Shown one piece after another: positions 1 through 13,714 of a stretch of 64,000 nt of DNA. Both the position numbers and the translations under genes were made by a program. The stretch comes from Octopus vulgaris (taxonomy: Eukaryota), in contig OX597835.1 in the NCBI GenBank assembly GCA_951406725.2, forward strand, positions 7,254,001 through 7,318,000, read 5' to 3'. Within the stretch, counting starts at the first letter, position 1. Each line of letters begins with the position of its first letter. The notes under the pieces are model-generated. The model searched no databases, was not told the origin of the DNA, and saw only the letters and a list, made by a program, of their open reading frames with translations.

Positions 1-4
1 GCGG

Positions 5-35
<31 letters not shown>

Positions 36-232
36 TATATATATAAATATATATATACATATATATATATATGTGTGTGTGTGTGTTTGTGCGTGTGTTT
101 GTGCGCGAGTGTGTGTGTGCGTGTGTGCGTGTGTGTGTGTGTGTTCGTACCGTTAAGCTTCTTAGATGTCGAGCATTGTGCAAAGCAATGTTTCCGTTCG
201 TATTTCAACTTTCCGATGCAATGCTTACATGA

Positions 233-277
<45 letters not shown>

Positions 278-331
278 TGTATGTGTGTGTGTATGTTTAT
301 GTGTATGATGGAGTGTGTGAGTATATATATG

Positions 332-365
<34 letters not shown>

Positions 366-885
366 CATGTGAGTATATATATATATATGTTTGTATGTTT
401 GTATGTGTGTGTGTATGTGTATATGTATGTGTATGTGTATGTGTATGATGGAATGCGTGTGTATCGACGTACGACTTAATGCGTTAATGGCGGCGTGTAT
501 AATGAGATTTGGCTTGCGGTTTACTTTGAGCTAGTGACTAGACTAAGGTGGAAAATGGCAAACTTTGATAATTAAATACAAGGATATACAAAACGAATAT
601 GGCTTTACTATATGTATGTGCATGTATGTACATATATATGTTGCGTGCGTGTGCACATGTATAGGAAAGAATATAAAGATAAGCTTTTTCTTTAAGCTTT
701 CATTTCATATTTCAAAAATTGTTAAGACAATGAATATTCAAAAGAATACCAAACTCGGTTTACTAGAAACCAGAGTCTTTCAGTTATAACGTACTACATA
801 GTGTATTACATACATACTTACACACACATATATATATATAGAAATATATATACTCACATATATAATGTATATATATAGACAACTT

Positions 886-934
<49 letters not shown>

Positions 935-977
935 ATCTATATACATATATATATCCAACTTTATATAACTCTGTCTA

Positions 978-1033
<56 letters not shown>

Positions 1034-1035
1034 TA

Positions 1036-1231
1036 CCGGAGTAAACTCAGAAATGTGAAACGAGGTGGAAAAAAGAGTACTCAAATACCAGTGGTAGAGT
1101 AATATGCTTTATTTAAAGCAGCAGAAAATTCAACAAAACCTGTTAGTATGAGTTTCCCGTTGCCGTTCATGAACGCAACGGGAAACTCAGAGTAACAGGT
1201 TTTGTTGAATTTTCTGCTGCTTTAAATAAAG
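1036..1231. mobile_element. Penelope-like terminal fragment with fold-back (125-bp palindrome 1107-1231 plus one-sided tail), in (TA)n
   Basis: 1107-1169 is a near-perfect reverse complement of 1170-1231; the right arm reads ATGA-acgcaacgg-GAAA-ctcagag-TA-acag (3' part of a hammerhead); both flanks are (TA)n. Confidence 0.6.
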
Positions 1232-1233
1232 TG

Positions 1234-1264
<31 letters not shown>

Positions 1265-1267
1265 GAT

Positions 1268-1315
<48 letters not shown>

Positions 1316-1402
1316 ATAGAAAGAGAGAGAGAGGGGGCAGAGAGAAAGGAAAAGAGACAAAGACAGACAGACATGAAATTTATACGTTGATTGAAACTGG
1401 CC

Positions 1403-1443
1403 TACGATACGGAAATCGTTTCTAACCCAAGAGATGTCATCAG
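1403..1443 (-). ncRNA. degenerate hammerhead ribozyme-like motif
   Basis: minus strand CTGATGA-catctcttgggtta-GAAA-cgat-ttccgt-atcg-TA; stem III pairs, stems I and II poor. Confidence 0.35.
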
Positions 1444-1608
1444 AATCTTCGCGTAACGACGTCTCGTCTCATAAAAAAAACCAGTGACATACCGTCGAAG
1501 ACTTTCTCTCTATGAATAAATTGTTTAATTCTGTAACGCCCAAGGCCTTTAGCAAGGAGCACTTTATTAAATACGGTATTCTTGGTTCTTGAAACAAAAG
1601 TACTTAGA

Positions 1609-1644
<36 letters not shown>

Positions 1645-1712
1645 TTATGTATGTATGTATATATATATATATAAATGTATACATATATATGTACATATAT
1701 ATATATATACAT

Positions 1713-1788
<76 letters not shown>

Positions 1789-1789
1789 T

Positions 1790-2160
1790 TAAAACTTAGA
1801 CATGTTTCGACCAAAGATTGGCGTAGGCCATGTCTAACTTAATATCACCTCGTGATAGAATTATCTAAACTTTTTTAAAGTCGAGTTTTGTGGTATCATG
1901 GTCTTTTCGAATAAGGAATTCTTGTTGAATGAGTTGTATCCCGGTATAGGTGGCTTAATTGGTATTCCTTGAAGAAATTTGTCAAGATTCTGTTTAAAGG
2001 TAATGGGATCCTTTTCCGCTTTGATTTGTATCGAGACAATAGGGCAGGGCCTATTGGGGGTAAAGAAATTGTGTTGCAGTGTATTTATGCTTTGTGATCC
2101 TGAATTGGATTGGGGACGTATGGCCCATGATCTGAGCCTTGGATTAATTTTGAAGCTAAT
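1790..2160 (-). mobile_element. CR1/L2-group LINE 3' end fragment
   Basis: minus translation ...KDPITFKQNLDKFLQGIPIKPPIPGYNSFNKNSL resembles the FK..LDKFL..IPD.P ORF2 C-terminus; short 3' UTR runs into a microsatellite. Confidence 0.6.
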
Positions 2161-2698
2161 ATATATGTTTATAAAAGTGTATGTGTGTGTGTGTGTGTGT
2201 GTGTGTAGATGGTAAATATTAAATAACGTTGTCCATTATTTAATAATGTTATGGCTGACAGAGGTAATTGCAATTTTTTGCATTTTCGCATGAAGTTGAG
2301 AAAAATTACTTTTCCCATCATCAGAATTTGCATAATATACACAACCCAGCATTTTTTAATCTTCATAATTAATGACTCGGTGGAACATATTTTAGTTAAT
2401 TCACAGTATCCATTTACAGATACTGAAAATGTGAAATTTATGAAAAGTGAAATTAACCAGAAAAATGAAATTCAATATGTTTTTTTCCAAATCACATCAC
2501 AAATATCCATAGAAACGGCTGGCGCTTATTCAGCAAGAAGTCTATTGTACATTCACCAGTCTCAGAGCTATTAACTCTGTGGCTGTACAGAAACTAGTAT
2601 TACGTAGTGATTCTACTGATAATTCTCTCCGAATTTCGAATAAAGGTAAGAAATTCATCCTTGCTAGACAACGCATGAAAAGCTGCACTTCCACGGTT

Positions 2699-2760
<62 letters not shown>

Positions 2761-2903
2761 TGTTTGTATTTTGGATATACAATTAGTAGCACGCTGATTA
2801 AAGCACGTTCACTGTTTAGGCTACTTGATGTCATTCACAGTTTTGATATAAGTATGACTAGATCTACCTCATTATACACACACACATATATATATATACA
2901 TAC

Positions 2904-2975
<72 letters not shown>

Positions 2976-3019
2976 ATATATATATTTGTATGTATGTATA
3001 CATATACGCGGCTGCTATT

Positions 3020-4010
3020 TCTAATGGTGTGGTTGTTTTACTTTGGTGGTGTGCTTGCTTTTTCTGCTGCATCTTCTTTAACATTTTACTTCTTCTTGCA
3101 GTTTGACCTTATGTGCCCTTTCTCGCCACATTTATAACAGACCAGCTTTCGCCGCTCGACTACCACCATCAGGCTGGTATCTTCCCCAATTATAATTGAG
3201 CTGAGCACTTCTTCCAAATCGATGGGGTTTGCTTGAATGACCAACTCTAAGGTCTGTTCGACCCAGTTCATGTGATGGTGTCTCTTCATCTGCAGAATGG
3301 TAATTTTTTTCTCTCTGCCCATGAAGATAGCGGCTACCAGCCAGGCCACATCTATTTCGGGTGGTATTTCACTGAACCTGACTTTTGAAGTTCTCCTTCC
3401 TAAGTAAGTCGGCAGGAGAACTACATCTTCAGACTTCAATGTCGCTGTGGAATGTTTCTTGGCTTTTTCTTTGCTAGGGAAACGCACCTCTACAGTAGCG
3501 AAGCGACCACCCCTTGCTATATAACTTGTTTCTTGCCATATCGGCCTCAAACATTACTCTATGGCTCCCCTCGTCACAAAGGCGATTTTTCTTTGACGTG
3601 GTAAGTCTTGTATACCAGTGTTTTTCTCTCCGTCGTGTTGAGTAATTCACTCGGAGGGAACAACTTCACGCGTTCACATTTTGCAGTAAACTTTGATATT
3701 TTTTAAAATCGTCGTTGTTTATTTGAATATTTTTACTGGAGCGAGTTGCTGCACTCGCAAAATTAACTCTAGACTTCTCCGCCTGTATAGCCTCGCTAGA
3801 CATTTTATCGTCTGCCTTTGTAGCGAGCGTGTGCAACGCCACTATAGCTTTACCGTTCTCTTCCCTCTTACTCCCCACTATGTCTTGAAAGAAAATCTCG
3901 AAGTTTTGTACGCGGAAGAAATTGGTGACAAATTCATGCGTTTAGCTGGTAAACAGCAACAAAATTCTGCTGTAACAACAGAAAAGAAGTAGCACAATTA
4001 AACCAGACAC
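3020..4010 (-). mobile_element. non-LTR retrotransposon 5' fragment (L1/Tx1-like), disrupted gag-like ORF1
   Basis: ORFs 3666-3878 and 3086-3550; C-terminal CCHC zinc knuckle CYKCGEKGHIRSNC; NFASAA motif resembles the ORF1 SFA.A motif. Confidence 0.65.
3086..3550 (-). pseudogene. ORF1 remnant with CCHC zinc knuckle
   Basis: Cx2Cx4Hx4C at the C-terminus; upstream part interrupted by stops and frameshifts. Confidence 0.65.
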
Positions 4011-4441
4011 CTCTTTTCATCGTATACGTATATTTAATGTATTTATACAGATTTTTTGTTAGTACCTGAGTCTTTGAGTGTGTGTGTGTGTGTGTGTGGT
4101 TTCGAAAAAGAGTTTATAGCGCCATCTCTAGCCGAGCAGTTATTCTGTGCTGATGAAGCGAAATAACACAGAAACCATTGCTATGAAGAAGTTGCTCTGA
4201 GCTGAGTGGTGACGCTAGGACTCAGAGAGTGTGTCGTATAGCCAGCAGGAGACGATGATTCCTGGAGCTAAATAACAGTAAAAATCGCCCCAACTAGGAC
4301 TGCCAGATTATGTTGGCAAATAATCTCTACTCTAGAGCACTGTTACTGAATGTCTCTCGTTCAGAGATATAGAAATAATAATTTTTACTATATGTATAAA
4401 TATATATTGACACACACAAATACACACACATAGATACATAC

Positions 4442-4481
<40 letters not shown>

Positions 4482-4795
4482 TATACATATATATATACAT
4501 ATGTATATATATAGAAAGATAGATAGATAGATAGATAGACACACAAATATATATATATATGCTCAAAATACGGAGTAGAAAAACAGTTCACAACTGATGA
4601 AGGGTCGTTCTTTATGTTATTTGTTTTGTTTTCCATTTGTGTCTTTCGTTGTTCGAAATAACAGTTCATATTCCATGTACTCGTACTTCGTATTTTTTGT
4701 TGTACAGGTTTCGTGACTTCTCGTGTCCTAATACGCATATATATATATACAGGTGTAGATGTAAGCATGTGCATATACATATGTATATATGCATA

Positions 4796-4845
<50 letters not shown>

Positions 4846-5481
4846 GATATGTGATATCCGTACATCACCTCATCGCGTTGCTTTTCTTCCTAACTTCTCA
4901 TTCACTCTCTCGCTCTCTCTCTCTCTCTCTCTCACGCACATACACACACACACAAGCTCACTTACACACACTCACACACACAGTAATATATGACATACAC
5001 GATTTCCTGTGATAAACATCACCGCAGTAACAACAATCACAAGAAAAACAACAACTCGCATTATATATCAATCATATGGAATTCATACGTTTAATTATAT
5101 CTTTCCCCTGGTCTTATCTACTTTATTCAGTAACCTATTAATTCTGGTTTAGGTTTCCTTCTAGGTTTTTCTTTGCAATCGTTATGCTTATTTTTCTATC
5201 TATTTGTAAATTTCTTCTTTAATATCTGTTGGTGGTTTTGTTTTTCTTGTGTGGATATCTATTTTGTTTATTTTTTTATTTGGCTAAAATAAATGTGTTT
5301 TTTTCACACTCTTTTATTCATTTCAGCAACAGGCTTATTCACGTATATATATTATTCAGCACTATTTCGTGGCTTACATGTGTGTAGACATACACACGCA
5401 CACACACACACACACAGATATATATGCACACATATGTATGTGTATATGCGCACATGTATATATAGATTATATAAACATATA

Positions 5482-5536
<55 letters not shown>

Positions 5537-5732
5537 GTATAGACATACATATACTTATATGTGTGTGTATGTGTGTGTGAATGTATATGTGCATCGATGT
5601 AAATAGATACGTGTTTCAGTGTATGAGTGCACATATGTGTATGTATGTGCACATACATACACACACACACAGATATATATAAACATATGTATATGTATAA
5701 ATATATATGTATGTATATATACATACATATAC

Positions 5733-5779
<47 letters not shown>

Positions 5780-5788
5780 CATATATAT

Positions 5789-5827
<39 letters not shown>

Positions 5828-5872
5828 GTGTGTGTATATAGAAGAATATATTAATATATATATATATTAATA

Positions 5873-5914
<42 letters not shown>

Positions 5915-5917
<3 letters not shown>

Positions 5918-6012
5918 GGAAGCTTTATGAAAATAAACAAAAGACGAAGGCAGGTGGAAAACAAACGAACAATTGTATTAGTATGGCGCTCAGGAAATAT
6001 AAATAAAACAAA
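5915..6012 (-). mobile_element. Penelope-like tail fragment related to 9470-9610, 39630-39835 and 61150-61362
   Basis: shared motif ttcc(t/g)gagcg.c...taatac; closest to 9530-9610 (cacctg.cttcgtctt); sits between (TA)n tracts. Confidence 0.5.
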
Positions 6013-6031
6013 TATATATATATATATATAC

Positions 6032-6755
6032 AAATTGTGATAGGGGTTGTAAATTCAACCCTCCATGGGATAACATATATCCAATATACTGCCAGTGAAG
6101 TACCCAAATACAAAATAAGAAAATGGAGAAATACATCGAAATCAAATATCAATTACCAGATAATACTCAATCACATACTTTATTAAACCACCATATAAGA
6201 AACTATAAGGTTAAACATAATAATGTAGAACAAAACAGTGTACATAAAGGAGTGTACATAAAAGAGTAATGTTATACAATAAGTAAAATATGTATAAGGG
6301 AATGTAAATATAAGTACATATAAATATATATATAGACTACATCTTACAGCTGTTTCGGCCATGTAGGTAAGTATCTCTCATTTTACTTATATTAGCCATT
6401 TATGGTAGGTCAATATGTAGTTATAAATGAGACATTTACAAAAATATCCTAAGGCCTCTTCGGAGATTATGTGATACAAATCAGATTACATACATACTTA
6501 TACAGGTGTGGGTACATACCCATAATAAAACATATACATATACATATGAGTGCATATACTCATACTCCTATACATATAAATATACATATACATAATGATA
6601 TAAGTAATATAAATTCATAAACCTACATATGTTCCACATTCAATGTTACAGTTTTTCAACTTAATATTGTGATAATTACAATGTAGAAAAACATACACAT
6701 ATTAATACCTAAATGCAGATATACAGAGTCAAGAGTACATTATATTAATTCTTAC
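6032..6755 (-). mobile_element. Penelope-like pseudo-LTR / non-autonomous element carrying a hammerhead motif
   Basis: AT-rich non-coding unit starting in (TA)n and containing the motif at 6341-6467. Confidence 0.55.
6341..6467 (-). ncRNA. minimal type-I hammerhead ribozyme, CCGAAGA core, 92-nt loop 2
   Basis: ATCT-CCGAAGA-GGCC-[92 nt]-GGCC-GAAA-CAGCTG-TA-AGAT: stem I ATCT/AGAT, stem II GGCC/GGCC, palindromic stem III, GUA site. Confidence 0.7.
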
Positions 6756-6878
6756 TTTTTTCCTAATTCCTCATTCACTCTCTCGCTATCTTTCTCTCTC
6801 TCTCTCACGCACACACACACACACAAGCTCACTCACACACACATACACACACAGTAATATATGACATACGCAAATTAG

Positions 6879-6944
<66 letters not shown>

Positions 6945-6951
6945 GAGTGTA

Positions 6952-6990
<39 letters not shown>

Positions 6991-7016
6991 GCATAAATAC
7001 ACATATATACACACAG

Positions 7017-7062
<46 letters not shown>

Positions 7063-7440
7063 TTGCATGCGTATGTGTGTGTGTGGCTGTGTCCCCAGTG
7101 AATGAAGTGCTAATCTATTGAGCGCCGCCAGAGAGAATGCAACTGATATAATTTCAACATTTTATTTTGATTAATTATGAACACACGGCCTGTACATGCG
7201 CGCATATGGCATTCGGTCGGTCGCTTGCACTTACAAACACACACACACACACACACACGCACACAAGTATATAGAATACAATAAACAAGTGACACATTAA
7301 CAGTGGTACAAGAAGAAAACCTACAGGAAGACAGATAATAAATAACAACCGGATGATACTTAATAAATTTGATTTCTTACATTATTAACACAAAGCTTCA
7401 TACATACATATATACATACATTCATATATAATTATACATG

Positions 7441-7493
<53 letters not shown>

Positions 7494-7499
7494 CAAATA

Positions 7500-8100
<601 letters not shown>

Positions 8101-8458
8101 CACACACAGACATACATATGCATACATGAATTTATGTATGGGTTTGCATATAATTATGTATATGTTGTATATGTTTCCTAGATGTATTTGTTAGGCTATT
8201 AACTTGGTCTGAGATAGATCATGTGGTGAAAATAAATAAATTATGTTGTGAAACTGCTAATGAACAGTCATTATTAATTATTATTTATCAGAATATTTTG
8301 TACTCTTAGGAATCTGACTTAAAAAGCCAATTTTTTTCCGTCACGTTTCTTTGGCCTAGCATTTAGCGTTATTTTACACACACACATACATTCACACACA
8401 CACGCACACACTAATTCACGGACACATATATATGTACGTATGTATTATACACATGTAC

Positions 8459-8503
<45 letters not shown>

Positions 8504-8691
8504 TGTATATAGACACACACACTCGCATACGCATACACACATATATATAATTATATGTATATATATATATATAACACACACACGGAAACTATATTAATAA
8601 GGAATGTATATATAGGTATAGCGTGAAAAACCTCATAACAGAAAAATTCGAAAATAATTTTTCCTTTTGAACATATTAATTTATATTATAT

Positions 8692-8732
<41 letters not shown>

Positions 8733-8846
8733 GAGCAAAACGTCCCCCGTCCGATGGACGGTGCTAAGTTGTCAAACATTTAAACAAAATTTTCTCAAAG
8801 CAACTTGTCCGACCGTCCCATAGGCCTCCCCTTTGAGAAACACTGA
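8733..8846. mobile_element. hAT-type MITE end
   Basis: ends tttgagaaacactg, the reverse complement of a CAGTGTTTCTCAAA Charlie-like TIR. Confidence 0.4.
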
Positions 8847-9469
8847 TTTAACCTAAATTTGAGACACCATGGAAAGAAGAAATAAAGATAGACTTTTCCT
8901 TCTATTCCAAATGAAAACGACCTTATTCAGACAAATATGCAACCGAAGAGTTTAAAGTACCAGTAATGTACCAGGCTGTTGACTGGGAGAACACAAACAT
9001 GGTTTAAACAGTAAGTTTGGCAGGAAAGAAACGTGCCTTTAAGCAGGACAAAAACAGCAAGAAATGGAAGGTGCAGTTATGTACAGGTTGACGGAAGAAA
9101 AGCAGGACAAAAATGGCTTTATCGATCGCATTCTCACCTGGAATCGATTTTTGTAATTTTTACAAGACTTATACACGCCCTGATACAGTTGGTATCTATA
9201 TATCAAATTTGAGCACAACCGGATGGAGGATGCCCGATATATATATATATATATATTTCAGTAGTCAAACACGTGTAGTAATAAACAAACGGACGTTTGT
9301 TTGTTACTATGCGTGGTTTGACCTCTTGAAATATTATCATAACACAAAGCACTCCTCATTTTTATATATGTACATATATATATATATATACCTTTGTATG
9401 TATGTATGTATGTCTATGATCATTAAATCCACATGTTTTTTTTTATTCTCTCTCTCTCTCTCTGTTTGT

Positions 9470-9610
9470 TTTCTCTTATTCCTTCCTGTTGAAGAGCTTT
9501 GGCTCGAAACAAGAAAATCTTTCTCACTTTCCGGAGCGTCAAGCTAATACACCTGCTTGTTGTTCATACACCTGTCTTCGTCTTGTGATTTTTTTCTATA
9601 AATTTCATAC
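9470..9610 (+). mobile_element. Penelope-like tail with degenerate hammerhead
   Basis: CTGTTGA-a-GAGC-tttg-GCTC-GAAA at 9486-9509; downstream similarity to 5915-6012 and 61150-61362. Confidence 0.5.
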
Positions 9611-9613
9611 AGA

Positions 9614-9651
<38 letters not shown>

Positions 9652-9884
9652 TGGCAGGCTTCTTAGCAATTTCAGCCACAAGGTCTCCATGTTTTTGTTT
9701 TTCCTGTTCTCCTTTTTCATGTTGCTCACGTTTTTGACGTCCTGTACCCATATATGCATGTGTATAGACATATATATATATACGTACGTATGTACATATA
9801 TGTATGTATATATGCGTATATATATATATATATATATTATGTTATTATATGATCGAACACCAAGCATCCATTTCCAAGTATATA

Positions 9885-10470
9885 TGTGCGTATGTATGTA
9901 TGTATGTATGTATGTAAGTATATATGTATGTATGTATGGTATGTATGCATGTATGTATATATGTATGCATGCATGTGTGTATGTATGTATGTATGTATGT
10001 ATGTATGTATGTATGTATGAATGTATGCATGCATGTATGCATGTATGTATGTATGTATGTATGTATGTATGTGTGTGTGTATGTATGTATGTATGCATGT
10101 ATGTATGTATGTAAGTATGTATGTATGTATGTATGTATGTATGTATGGTATGTATGCATGTATGTATATATGTATGCATGCATGTGTGTATGTATGTATG
10201 TAAGTATGTATGTATGTATGTATGAATGTATGTATGCATGCATGTATGTACGTATGTATGTATGTATGTATGTACGTATGTATGTATGTATGTATGTATG
10301 TATGTACGTATGTATGTATGTATGTATGTACGTATGTATGTATGTATGTATGTATGCATGTATGTGTGTATGTATGTATGCATGTATGTATGCATGTATG
10401 TATGTATGTATGCATGTATGTATGTGTGTATGTATGTATGCATGCATGTATGTATGTGTGTGTATGTATA
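9885..10470 (+). repeat. (TATG)n microsatellite
   Basis: direct reading. Confidence 0.95.
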
Positions 10471-10499
10471 CATAGCAACTAAGAATACTTGACTGTTAC

Positions 10500-11450
10500 T
10501 TGAGTCGTAGTTGCTCTCTTTTCCACCGCTTAGAAAATGAAGCTTGTAAACTGTAACTGACTCGATGTACTTCAATGTTCTTAAGCATGATATTATTCAT
10601 CACGAATCTGTTTGTTGTGTACAAACAACATGACACTCAAGATAAAGGGAAGGCGGAATTAACTGTGGTCTCCTTCAGTTAAATATAGACGCATTCGGCA
10701 GTTTGGTCTTCCTCATTTAGTATCCATGAGTTAAGAAATTGCTTGGAAATATTTGCCAACGATTGAATAATTCTTTCAAAGTATTGGTTTGCCTTTCGCT
10801 GCCTTTGGTTTCTTGATTTTTATTACAGTTTTTCCCTTTCATGCTTTTTTGTGTTTTTTTCTCTTAATGTGGCTAAATGTCATAATTTCTTGGGTTGAAT
10901 TTAGATATAGGTAGCAAAACATTTTTGTCACATTTCCTTTGTACTTTTTCCAGCAGATCTACACATATTACCATTTCTATTCCATTTGTGGGAATACTGT
11001 TTGAATTAGTAATTCTTTCGATTCTTCGATTCTCTGATCACGATTTCTTTTGGTGCTTGAAATAATTCTGCAAATACTTTGTATCAAATTGAAATGATTA
11101 TCTGCTAAATATGTTTTGGCAAAAACGATAAGAAGAAAAGGTACTGTTTTGAATCAAGAAATATTAGTTCTTTCTGCTTAAATTTCATCGAGAACTAAAT
11201 ATTGTTGTTTATATCAGCTATTAGGTTCCGTAAATGTCAGAAGTTTATTTAGATCTTCCTATCACAGAATTAAGCAGTCACGGAGGTATCATTTCCTGTT
11301 GTCTTTTAAGTAAGTGCAGAATGCGTCTTTTTTGAGTGGTTTTTTTGGGAGACCTCCTTCTCATGGTAAACCATGACAAAGGTGTTCTATGTGTATATGT
11401 ATTTTCAGGTAGGCATGTTGCCTACTAAATCCAAACTTTTTGACTTTGCG
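10500..11450 (-). mobile_element. old CR1-like LINE reverse transcriptase remnant
   Basis: minus-strand patches WN..., DLLEKVQRK, TNRFV, IESVTV occur in the order of CR1 ORF2 motifs (VWNP...IDLLEKVQRR; FFTNRVV..WN); many indels. Confidence 0.5.
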
Positions 11451-11610
11451 GCGTGTATCACTTCAGGGATACAATCACTGACTCAGCCAGAGAAGTAGTA
11501 CTATGTAATTTAAAATCTATTGATTTTAAACGAGCCGAAACTACCTTCATTCAGGACTCTACGGCTGAAGAGTCTCAATTTGGTATTCACCACATGCACA
11601 GACAGATGGT

Positions 11611-11662
<52 letters not shown>

Positions 11663-13714
11663 TATATGAATATGTGTGTGTGTGTAATACTAAATCTTTG
11701 TATGTTCGCGTGCAGTTTACATAGCTTGAAATCAACACCAGTTCAGTGTTAGCTCAGTAATTTCTCACGACCACTTTCACAAATTCAACGTTGAGCAGAT
11801 TCATGGGATGGGAGTGCCCAGACGGCGACTATGTCGGCTCACGACCATATACGAGGAAAGAACTATTATAGCAAGCTTCCGACACACTATGAGAACAGAT
11901 TCGTTTGCCAGTGACATCCATGGATATATGCCTGTACGGGCACCTGCGTGTTTATGTGTGTCGTGTATTGTTTGTTCATAGCCTTTTAATTGATAAAAGC
12001 AGTTTTGTGTTTTTTTTTTTATATATAAGTTTTGTATATAAACAATAGAACTATATCTTTACAATATTACTCAAAAATCTGCCATATCTGACCATAATAT
12101 TTTACCTATATGGTCGTGATCATCATCTCACTCCTACTCTACCAACATGATTAATTTTAAAGTGGTGTGAAAATACTGACTGAATGTAAACCACTGTAGA
12201 AAGTTTACCAACACACTATTCATATATTTGTGTGTGTGTACTTGTGTATATGTGTACATCTTAATTGCATGTTAATGCCAAATGGGCAAACTCAGCCAAA
12301 ATCAATAGACAAATACAAAACCTGAGTGGTGATTGTACCCTGATCAGACATCAAAAATTGGACATACCTGTCTATGCCATGTAGGTCTGGTTTAATGAAA
12401 GTCTCCCAAAAAACCACTCAAAATTTTTACTTCTTTAAAAGACAACAAATATTGTGTTTGTGATAGAATTAAATAAACTTCTACAGTTCATTCTGATTAA
12501 ACACAATATTGTTCTCGATGAAATAATCAAAAATAATATTTCTTGATTAAGTATTTCTTCTTACCTTTAGAAAATAAGCAATAGTATTTAATTTGACCAA
12601 AATTTCAGAGATACTAAGATAAAATGTGTCAAGAAAATCAGAATCGAAAGAACTTGATTTAAAATAATAGTAATATTATTGTGTGCAACAAAAAACCACA
12701 AAAATATGATAGATGTTTTGCTACATTCTAAATTAAAAAATTATGACGACTTGAGAAAACACAAAAAAAACTTTGAAAAAAAACAATTCAAGAAAATGAA
12801 TAAAATAAACAATGTTTAATAGAATTTTGAATGCAATAAAAAAATAATCTTCATCAAGTGTTTCATATATGAATATAAATGCGTCATGTTCGTAAGGGAT
12901 ACATAACACTAGTACACAACAAACAGATTCGTGATGTTTATGCTTAGAGTGTCAAGTCAGTTACAATTTTCAGTCATTTTCTAATAAGAATACTTTCAAT
13001 GGCTGTCATTTCTTTGCTTGTACATCAAAGCATACATGATATTGCATACATGTATATGCATACATCAGTGTGAAACACACATACATGCATACATATAATA
13101 ATAATAGTCTATAAAATGTGATTATATATCCTCCCAACAAGAAATCTACATACATAGAGAGCTATGTATTCTCTCTGAAACTTACATACAAAAACATGCA
13201 TGCATCTTTGTATATTTTATAAACTAGTAATACATCATAATATTTAAAAAAAATTGTAATAACTCCCCATCATACATACATACATAATACCATACCACAT
13301 GCATGCATACATTCATACATACTACATACTCTATACATATTTCTCACACTGCATGTAAGTTACCAACATACATACATGTTTTTTATACTATATTCTAACT
13401 TACTCATTTTACTTGTTATTAATGTATGCTTCAGTTGTATAAATAAATAAACCTTTTTTTTATTTATATATATATTCTGTAATAGTGTAGATAACAAGCT
13501 TTTTGGCTATAACATGCATATAATAGCTTGGGTGTGTGGGCTAGTAATAATGCGTGTGTGTGTGTGTGTGTGTGTGTGTAAGTGAATAATTAATTATCAC
13601 GGCTGTACATAAGAACGAGGATGCTGGTTTTTTTTATACGTTTTGGTATTCAAGAATTTTAATATAATAGTCAATATAATGCGAGTATTTCTTCTCAGGA
13701 GAATATCTACTTTT

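Larger units (their letters stand above)
9600..13620. repeat. large imperfect inverted repeat (fold-back), centre near 12000
   Basis: catcacgaatctgtttgttgtgtac (~10598) vs gtacacaacaaacagattcgtgatg (~12912); ttgagtggttttttt.gggagac (~11332) vs gtctcccaaaaaaccactcaa (~12401); colinear mirrored anchors throughout. Confidence 0.9.

Noticed and set aside
4139-4175. gttatt-ctgtg-CTGATGA-agc-GAAA-taac hammerhead-like core
   Set aside because: Core strings are present but there is no room for stem II or a proper stem I; not callable without a family consensus
4594-4670. CTGATGAAGGG...GAAA
   Set aside because: No consistent stems I-III found
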